Positions 19,959 through 26,537 of a stretch of DNA of 26,537 bases are shown one piece after another (position 1 is the stretch's first letter; every line of letters starts with the position of its first letter). This DNA is from an uncultured delta proteobacterium (GTDB taxonomy: Bacteria; Desulfobacterota; Desulfobacteria; Desulfobacterales; Desulfatirhabdiaceae). A model generated the notes under the pieces. It did no database searches. It was given only the letters and a program-made list of their open reading frames with translations, and was not told the origin of the DNA. Position numbers and translations under genes: made by a program. The stretch covers positions 1 through 26,537 of the forward strand of contig CAWBKP010000018.1 of NCBI GenBank assembly GCA_963789395.1. The letters are read 5' to 3'.

Positions 19959-20092
19959 TGAGCCTCCTGCAAAACCCCTTCAAATTGCCTCTTCCGTCAT
20001 GCCGGCGAAAGCCGGCATCCAGTCAATTCACAGGCTTCTGGACCCCAGCTTTCACCGGGGTGACAAACAGCGGTACTTTTGCAAGAGGCTCA
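19959..20092. mobile_element. MITE/REP-like element with terminal inverted repeats and internal paired hairpins
   Basis: TIRs TGAGCCTCCTGCAAAA (19959-19974) and TTTTGCAAGAGGCTCA (20077-20092) match 15/16; internal inverted pair GTCATGCCGGCGAAAGCCGGCATCCAG (19996-20022) and CTGGACCCCAGCTTTCACCGGGGTGAC (20038-20064). Confidence 0.75.
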
Positions 20093-20155
20093 AGTTACCA
20101 AATACCGCGGATGGGTTTTTATGCGTCCGCCAATCATGGAGTGGGAGGTGAATTC

Positions 20156-21451
20156 ATGGCCAGATCTTTCCGGCTGCCCGATCTGGGTGAAGGGATCCAC
20201 GAAGGTGAAGTTGTTGCCGTACGCGTCAAGGTGGGAGATGCCGTCAGGGAAGGAGATATTATCCTGGAAATTGAAACGGATAAAGCAACTGTTGAAATCC
20301 CTTCCCCTTATACCGGAACCGTTGTGGAAATCCTTGCCAAGCCCGGCGATCTGATCAAAGTCGGCGACGTCATGATCAATTTCGACGGCGGCGAGCAAAT
20401 CTCCGGTCAACCCGGAACCCTTTCCGCAGCCCTTCCCGTGGATACCGGAAAACGCGTGCTGGATGTTCCCGAATCTTCGGTTAAGCAATCCAACGAACCG
20501 GTTCCGGCATCTCCGTCCACGCGACGGCTGGCCCGGGAGCTGGGCGTCGATCTTCACAGCGTCATTCCCGGCGGCCCGGCCGGCCTGGTTACCGCAGACG
20601 ATGTTCGCGCCCATGCCGTAAAAGGGCCTGCGCCTGCCCAACCCGAGCACCTTCAGCCCGAAACTCCCGAAACAGCAGCCGGCCGCCCCCTTGTCACGAC
20701 AGTCCCGCCGCTGCCCGATTTCAGCCGTTACGGCCCGGTCAATCGCATTGCACTGCGATCCATCCGGAGGTCAACGGCCAGACAGATGGCCCTGTCATGG
20801 TCTCAAATTCCCCATGTCAACAGCCAGGATACGATAGATATTACCCAGCTGGAAACATTCCGCAACAAGCACAAGGCGGCCGTTCAGGCCAGGGGGGGCC
20901 GCCTGACCTTGACGGTGTTTGCCTTAAAAGCGGCGGCCACGGCGCTGAAGGCATATCCCAATTTCAATGCCAGCCTGGATATCACGGCCGGCGAAATTGT
21001 CCTCAAGGATTATTTTAATATCGGCGTTGCCGTGAACACGGAAGACGGCCTGATCGTACCGGTTATTAGGGATGTGGACCGTAAGAGCCTTACGGATCTT
21101 TCCATCGAACTGAACGAAACCGTCCAGCGGACACGGGATCGCAAAACCAGCCTGGAAGACATTCGCGGAGGCACGTTTACCATCACCAATGCCGGCGCCA
21201 TGGGAGGCGGCTTTTTCACCCCGATTATCAATTATCCCGAAGTCGCCATACTGGGGATGGGTCAAGCCGCCTGGCAGCCCGTGGTCATCGAAAACAAGAA
21301 AGGCGTTCGTGAAATCGTTCCGCGCCTGATGATGCCGGTTGTGCTTTGTATCGACCACCGGGTCCTGGACGGCGCCGATGCCGTCCGTTTCCTGAAAATG
21401 ATAAGCAGTTCCCTTCAGGATCCCGAAGAGCTGTTGATGACGATGATATAA
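20156..21451 (+). CDS. pdhC: Dihydrolipoamide acyltransferase E2 (single lipoyl domain)
   Basis: RBS GGAGG before the ATG at 20156; lipoyl ETDKA; E3-binding ASPSTRRLARELGVDL; catalytic DHRVLDGA. Confidence 0.93.
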   Translation: MARSFRLPDLGEGIHEGEVVAVRVKVGDAVREGDIILEIETDKATVEIPSPYTGTVVEILAKPGDLIKVGDVMINFDGGEQISGQPGTLSAALPVDTGKRVLDVPESSVKQSNEPVPASPSTRRLARELGVDLHSVIPGGPAGLVTADDVRAHAVKGPAPAQPEHLQPETPETAAGRPLVTTVPPLPDFSRYGPVNRIALRSIRRSTARQMALSWSQIPHVNSQDTIDITQLETFRNKHKAAVQARGGRLTLTVFALKAAATALKAYPNFNASLDITAGEIVLKDYFNIGVAVNTEDGLIVPVIRDVDRKSLTDLSIELNETVQRTRDRKTSLEDIRGGTFTITNAGAMGGGFFTPIINYPEVAILGMGQAAWQPVVIENKKGVREIVPRLMMPVVLCIDHRVLDGADAVRFLKMISSSLQDPEELLMTMI

Positions 21452-21481
21452 CCGTATGCCTGGTGCAGGTTCAAGCTCGTG

Positions 21482-21549
21482 GTTTTGATCATTCTGACAT
21501 TGGAGTTTTGAATTTGTATTCGGATTTCGAATTTTACCTTTCGGCACTT
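21482..21549. repeat. Degenerate T-rich intergenic repeat with roughly 7-bp periodicity
   Basis: GTTTTGATCATTCTGACATTGGAGTTTTGAATTTGTATTCGGATTTCGAATTTT...; resembles the dispersed GTTTTGGTCATT...ATTTG repeats of deltaproteobacterial intergenic regions (from recollection, not searched). Confidence 0.45.
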
Positions 21550-21578
21550 CTTAACAAATCAGAGAGGAACCAAAAACC

Positions 21579-23000
21579 ATGGTGATGGGAGAACTGACAC
21601 AGGAAACTGAAGTGATGGTAATCGGGGCGGGACCGGGCGGTTATGCCGCCGCTTTTCGGGCAGCCGACCTGGGAATGGACGTTACCATGGTGGATTTGGG
21701 GGAACGCCCGGGCGGGGTATGTCTGTATCGCGGCTGTATCCCGTCTAAAACCTGTCTGTATCTTTCCGAGCTGATCCACGACGCCCGGCGGGCCGAATCA
21801 ATGGGTATTTTTTTCGGTCCGCCGCGCATTGACCTGAGTGCCCTGCGAAGCTGGAAAAACCAGGTGGTGAACAACCTGGCGGAAGGGCTGATGACGCTGA
21901 CCAATAAAAGAGGGATTCAGTTAATCAAGGGAAGGGTCGGATTTGAGGATTCACATAAAGTCCGGCTGCATGAGAGTGAGGTCAGCCATATTACTTTCAA
22001 ACACGCCATTCTGGCCACCGGTTCCCATCCCATCCCCTTTCCCGGGGATCCCGACCCCAAAAACGGACGGGTCATGACCTCAACCGAAGCTCTGGATCTC
22101 GTCGATATCCCTGAAAGGCTCCTTGTCATCGGCGGAGGCTATGTGGGCCTGGAATTGGGCTCCGTCTATGCGGCCCTGGGCAGTCAGGTGACAATAACGG
22201 AACTGGGAGCCAGCCTTTTGCCTGGCGTGGACCCGGATTTGATCAGCGTGCTCGAAAGGCACCTGCGGAAATTGTTTCACGCCATTTATCTGAACACTCA
22301 GGTACTCGATCTGAAGGAAACGCCGGATGCTGTGAACGTCCGATTCAAAGGTGAAGCCGACCCGGTACGCCAGCAGTTTGACCGCGTTCTGGTGGCAATC
22401 GGCAGGAAACCCAATTCAATTGGAATCGGACTTGAAGCTGCCGGCGTTGCAGTCGATGCCAAAGGTTTTGTGACTGTGGACGAACAGCAGCGCACCAGCA
22501 CCGCCAACATATTTGCCGTCGGTGATGTCACGGGCGGGATGATGCTGGCCCATAAAGCCATGCGGGAGGGCAAGGTGGCCGCCGAAGTCATTGCCGGCGA
22601 CCCGGCTGCTTTTGATGCCAGGGTCATCCCGGCCGTGGTTTACACCGATCCTCAGATCGCCTGGTGCGGACTGACCGAAGCAGAAGCGCGGAGGCGGAAT
22701 ATTCCCGCCGAGATCCGGCGCTTTCCCTGGAAGGTTTCGGGCCGGGCAGCAACCATGGGTATTAAAGATGGCCTGACCAAAATGATCATCGCCCCGGATA
22801 CCCGGAGAATTCTTGGCGTTGGCATCGCCGGCCGGAATACCGAAGGCCTTATTTCAGAAGCTGTTCTGGCCATTGAAATGGGCGCCCTGGTACAGGATCT
22901 GGCCCTAAGCATTCATCCCCATCCTACCTTGTCTGAAACCGAAGGAGAGGTGGCTGAAATATTCCTGGGCAGCGCCACGCACGTGCTGAATTCCAAATAG
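21579..23000 (+). CDS. lpdA: Dihydrolipoyl dehydrogenase E3
   Basis: GAGPGGY, redox disulfide GGVCLYRGCIPSK, GGGYVGLE, MLAHKA, HPHPTLSE. Confidence 0.96.
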   Translation: MVMGELTQETEVMVIGAGPGGYAAAFRAADLGMDVTMVDLGERPGGVCLYRGCIPSKTCLYLSELIHDARRAESMGIFFGPPRIDLSALRSWKNQVVNNLAEGLMTLTNKRGIQLIKGRVGFEDSHKVRLHESEVSHITFKHAILATGSHPIPFPGDPDPKNGRVMTSTEALDLVDIPERLLVIGGGYVGLELGSVYAALGSQVTITELGASLLPGVDPDLISVLERHLRKLFHAIYLNTQVLDLKETPDAVNVRFKGEADPVRQQFDRVLVAIGRKPNSIGIGLEAAGVAVDAKGFVTVDEQQRTSTANIFAVGDVTGGMMLAHKAMREGKVAAEVIAGDPAAFDARVIPAVVYTDPQIAWCGLTEAEARRRNIPAEIRRFPWKVSGRAATMGIKDGLTKMIIAPDTRRILGVGIAGRNTEGLISEAVLAIEMGALVQDLALSIHPHPTLSETEGEVAEIFLGSATHVLNSK

Positions 23001-23080
23001 AAAATTTACCGAAAATGATTATATATTGAATATATGGTATTAAACAATAGAATAATTTGAAATCTCAAAGGAGGCAGCCA

Positions 23081-23239
23081 ATGGTTTTAAACGACGCATT
23101 GAAACAACATCGAAAATGCTTGGTGGAATGCGAAGAAAAGCGCAAATTTTGCGAATTCGACCTGCCGCTCAATCGCAACTGTGAAGAATTGCAGGATGCC
23201 TGCCAAATTTTGTGTGACTTTGACCATTCGCCCAATTGA
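23081..23239 (+). CDS. Small Cys-rich protein, C-x3-C-x6-C-x9-C-x6-C-x3-C (52 aa)
   Basis: Strong RBS AAAGGAGG before the ATG at 23081; a diverged second copy exists at about 26008. Confidence 0.7.
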   Translation: MVLNDALKQHRKCLVECEEKRKFCEFDLPLNRNCEELQDACQILCDFDHSPN

Positions 23240-23283
23240 ACTACAAAATGCCGATATCGGGATGGCAAGGCACCGGTATACCC
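23110..23283 (+). repeat. Diverged direct repeat, copy 1 (copy 2 at 26008-26181)
   Basis: Shared blocks AATGCTTGGTGGAATGC, GCGCAAATTTTG, GTGAAGAATTGC, ACTTTGACCATTC, CCCAATTGAACT and GCCGATATCGGGA. Confidence 0.85.
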
Positions 23284-23435
23284 TCCAACCGGGTTCGGAC
23301 CAAGTTATCACTTTTGATTTTCTTCTCATTTCCATTCCCGGTCGTTTCGTTTTTGGGAAGGACGTGCCACCATAATCACGGCCATTACCGTTCTAACTTG
23401 ATAGGTATACGAATTAACTACGAATAGGAGGCGTT

Positions 23436-23801
23436 ATGTTTAAAATAATGCAAAACGGTGTGAATCGTTTAGATATTGAACTGAGTGGAAAGTTGGACGC
23501 CGAGGAAATGAAAATTGCGTTGGATGAACTTGTCAGTAAGTCGAAGAATATTGAAAATGGCAAGATGCTGTATAAAATAATTGACTTTCGTCTTCCGTCA
23601 CTTTGTGCAATTGGCGTTGAACTTTCTCGCCTTTCTTCGATGCTAAGACTTATGAAAAAATTCGATCACGCTGCGGTTCTGACTGACAAGACTTGGTTAA
23701 AGAAAGTCAGTGAACTTGAGGGGGCTTTATACCCAGGTCTAGATATTAAGGCTTTTAATATAGACCAAAAAGCGGAAGCAGAAGCCTGGTTGTCGAGTTA
23801 G
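23436..23801 (+). CDS. SpoIIAA-like (STAS/SEC14-type) protein
   Basis: ELSGKLDAEEM...GKMLY...KFDHAAVLTDKTWL...IKAF...AEAEAWL family pattern; RBS AGGAGG. Confidence 0.85.
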   Translation: MFKIMQNGVNRLDIELSGKLDAEEMKIALDELVSKSKNIENGKMLYKIIDFRLPSLCAIGVELSRLSSMLRLMKKFDHAAVLTDKTWLKKVSELEGALYPGLDIKAFNIDQKAEAEAWLSS

Positions 23802-24279
23802 GTTGATGATTTTTAATGCAAGAATCCTTGCTGTGCCTTACAGAAAAAGCAAAGAGCAGATTCATTTAATAAAATTGTTCTTGAAATTGCGCAATCCATT
23901 GTATGAATTGCGCGCCATCAACACCAAACAATGCCTGTGAATATTTTTTCGACTGCTCGATCGCTTATTTCGATTAGCCTCGCACAAAAGCCAGACTCCG
24001 GACATTTTAGCGCCGACCTCTTCCGTATTCAATGCCTATGCAACGTGGCGCCGATTGAATTATTTCTGCTTCTGGTTATTTTTAAAGAAAATCGGTGCAA
24101 CGGGAAAGCAACCCTGCACCGGTTGTAAACGCCGTCGATTTTGACGGGAATGCTACTTTCCTCTTGCATGGAATCATCACTGCGTGCGGGTATAATCACG
24201 CCATCGGGATGATCGAGCATGCAGGAAAGCCAGAAATGGCAGCGGTGCAGTTAGCCGCTGCCATCCAAAGGAGGCGCTC

Positions 24280-25667
24280 ATGAACAATTTACACATCACG
24301 AAAATCCAGGAATTAAAGGAAAATATCGCGGGAGAAGTTCTGCTTTCAAATGACGATGCCTACCAGGATGCACGCAAGATCTGGAATGCGATGATCGACA
24401 AGCACCCTGCGCTCATCGTTCGCTGTGCCACCACGACAGATGTCGTCCGGACGGTGAATTTTGCAAGGGAGAACGGGCTCCTGCTCGCGGTGCGCGGCGG
24501 CGGACACAACATCGCCGGCAATGCCATTTGCGATGACGGCGTTGTGATCGATCTTTCGCGTATGAAGGCTGCAAACGTAAATCCCGGCGCTCGCCGCGTT
24601 ACCATCGAGGGCGGCGCCACACTTGCAGACCTCGACGCAGCCACCCAGATTCACGGCCTCGCCACGCCGCTTGGCATCAACTCCACTACAGGCGTCGCCG
24701 GTCTGACGCTCGGCGGCGGCTTCGGCTGGCTCAGCCGCAAGTACGGAATGACCGTCGACAACCTTGAGTCCGCCGAGGTCGTGACTGCAAGGGGCGAAGT
24801 GGTTCACGCCAGTGCAACCGAGCACCCCGATCTCTTTTGGGCGCTTAGAGGTGGGGGTGGCAACTTCGGGGTCGTCACCCGCTTCGAATTCCGGCTTCAC
24901 CCAGTCGGACCGGACGTATTGAGCGGCTTGATCGTCTATCCGATCTCCGAGGCAAAGTCGGTGCTGCAACAGTACCGCGAATTTATTGCAAAGGCGCCGG
25001 ATGAACTCTCCGTCTGGATTGTCATGCGCCAGGCGCCGCCCTTACCGTTTCTCCCCGAAGCAGTCCACGGCAAGGAGATCCTCGCGCTCGCGCTGCTATA
25101 CGCAGGCAAACCGGAGCAAGGCCTGCCGCTAATCAAGCCGCTGCAACAATTCGGAAAACCTGTCGGCATGCACGTGGGTGTGCAGCCATACGTCGTCATG
25201 GCAGCAGGCTTTCGACCCGCTGCTTACTTCCGGTGCCCGCAACTACTGGAAGTCGCACAATTTCTCGATGCTCGACGACCGCCTGTTCGATGTCGTCATC
25301 AATTATGTCGAAAAATTGCCCTCATCCCCAGTGCGAGATTTTCTTCGGAGCTTTGGGCGGCGCCACGGCAGGGCCGGCGCCCCACGCCACAGCATATGCC
25401 CATCGCGACGCCCTGTTTGTAATGAATTTTCACGGCAGATGGGAGGACCCTGCCGACGACAGCCGATGCATCGGCTGGGCACGTGACTTTTTCAATGCCT
25501 CAGCGCCATTTGCCAGCAGCGGCGTTTACGTCAATTTCCTTACCGCCGACGAAACCGATCGCGTACGCGCTGCCTATGGCTCGAACCATGATCGTCTCAG
25601 TCAGATAAAGCGGGTATATGATCCGGAAAATCTGTTCCGCTTGAATCAGAATATCAGGCCCGCATGA
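24280..25667 (+). CDS. FAD-linked oxidoreductase (FAD_binding_4 plus BBE domain; frameshifts near 25190 and 25325)
   Basis: WNAMIDKHPALIVRC, VRGGGHN (His for covalent FAD), GVAGLTLGGGFGWL, DLFWALRGGGGNFGVVT, and BBE tail YVNF...AYG.NHDRL..IKR.YDPENLFRLNQNI; RBS AAGGAGG. Confidence 0.92.
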
Positions 25668-25807
25668 TGCCCCATCCGGCCGGTTGCAGCGGATGGCGTT
25701 TCGCCGCCGCTGCAACTTTACTACTATCTCCATGGGAATTCCGGATCGGAGAGCACATGTGGCTGCATGTCTGAGAAAATCACGGGGTTGATCAAATGTT
25801 TTGACGA

Positions 25808-25996
25808 TCAACGGTCTGATCGGCAATGGTAAAAATGATAGGAACATGGCGGCACCAGTTTGTATTTTTCAATCAATGCTTCTTCGATCAGATTACAGGT
25901 ATCGCCTTCTTTCTTCAGCAAATCGTCCATCCACTGCGGAACCTTACAGGTACTTCTAATCCAATCAGTTGTTCCATTATTTTGTTCATGTATCAT
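25808..25996 (-). CDS. Small hypothetical protein, possible ribbon-helix-helix DNA-binding protein
   Basis: WIRSTCKVPQWMDDLLKKEGDTCNLIEEALIEKYKLVPP shows a strand-P-helix-helix pattern; GGAGG lies immediately upstream; the exact start is uncertain. Confidence 0.45.
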   Translation of the reverse strand: MIHEQNNGTTDWIRSTCKVPQWMDDLLKKEGDTCNLIEEALIEKYKLVPPCSYHFYHCRSDR

Positions 25997-26007
25997 CCTC
26001 CCGCCCC

Positions 26008-26136
26008 TCGACAATGCTTGGTGGAATGCAAAGAAATGCGCAAATTTTGAAAATACGGCACACCACTCTATCAAACCGTGAAGAATTGCGGGATTCCTGC
26101 AAATTGTTGTGTAACTTTGACCATTCACCCAATTGA
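26008..26136 (+). pseudogene. 5'-truncated, decayed copy of the 23081-23239 Cys-rich gene
   Basis: Reads RQCLVECKEMRKF* (TGC to TGA at 26048-26050), then after an indel EELRDSCKLLCNFDHSPN*; the start codon and RBS are missing. Confidence 0.75.
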
Positions 26137-26282
26137 ACTTACAATACGCCGATATCGGGACGGTCAGGTATCGGTAAAACCGCTGGAGGGAGGCTGCGAA
26201 GCCTTAGAGATTCTAACTTAAATATCAAATACTTAAATAGCAAAGATCAACGCTCAGGGACAGGCGTCGTTGCGCAAGCGTT

Positions 26283-26537
26283 CTATAATTCAATGACAAA
26301 ACTGTCCCGTCGGTGGAAATCCGCCTGCTGATCGAGGTGGCAAAGCGCCCAATAGCCTGTTTTACCACTTTTATATCGGATAACGGAACTAATACCCACG
26401 TCCACCAGTTGACATGATCGAATGATTCTGTCCAGTTCAATCTCAAGAAATAGCGACAAGGAACCGGGCCGGTGACAGACGCTAAAAAGCAATGACCCAA
26501 AGGCCATATCCTCCCGCATTCCATTGCGGTAGTCGTC
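26283..26537 (-). CDS. C-terminal part of a DOMON-like domain protein (partial)
   Basis: Frame is open to the window edge: DDYRNGMRED...VGISSVI...GKTGYWALCH...ADFHRRDSFVIEL*, matching the YWAL.H...DFH C-terminal motif of bacterial DOMON-like proteins. Confidence 0.75.
   Translation of the reverse strand, partial: DDYRNGMREDMAFGSLLFSVCHRPGSLSLFLEIELDRIIRSCQLVDVGISSVIRYKSGKTGYWALCHLDQQADFHRRDSFVIEL

Noticed and set aside
19958..20155. N-terminal extension of E2
   Set aside because: It is translated repeat DNA; the RBS and lipoyl domain place the start at 20156.
21482..21549. CRISPR array or tRNA
   Set aside because: No repeat-spacer structure or cloverleaf here, and I saw none elsewhere in the window.
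23931..24283. Short ORFs upstream of the oxidoreductase
   Set aside because: No RBS or recognisable motifs, and they overlap each other in conflicting frames.

Overview
Chromosomal region, probably from an anaerobic Desulfobacterota-type bacterium (inferred from desulfoferrodoxin, the PilZ-like proteins, the sigma54 architecture and the repeat types). Many genes between about 1 and 13.6 kb and near 25 kb carry single-base indels, most likely uncorrected long-read errors. In order: the 3' end of a P-type H+-ATPase; three minus-strand genes (two tiny Cys-rich proteins and a MerR-like HTH protein); a sigma54 promoter driving desulfoferrodoxin, followed by a small wHTH protein, Skp/OmpH and aconitase A; a three-gene signalling cascade (membrane PAS/HisKA_2 kinase, REC-PAS-GAF hybrid kinase, NtrC-family sigma54 activator); a second, nearly identical sigma54 promoter ahead of two PilZ-like genes, a cold-shock protein, a kinase paralogue with degenerate ATP-binding motifs, a hemerythrin-domain protein and a complete pdhABC-lpdA cluster; then a small Cys-rich protein, a SpoIIAA-like protein, an FAD/BBE oxidoreductase, an RHH-like protein, a decayed duplicate of the Cys-rich gene and the 3' end of a DOMON-like gene. 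The most notable signal is the pair of sigma54 promoters 12 kb apart: 21/22 identical, each with an ATAGTCCAAAAT palindromic box exactly 124 bp upstream. This suggests a self-contained sigma54 regulon for oxygen/redox stress controlled by the activator encoded between them.
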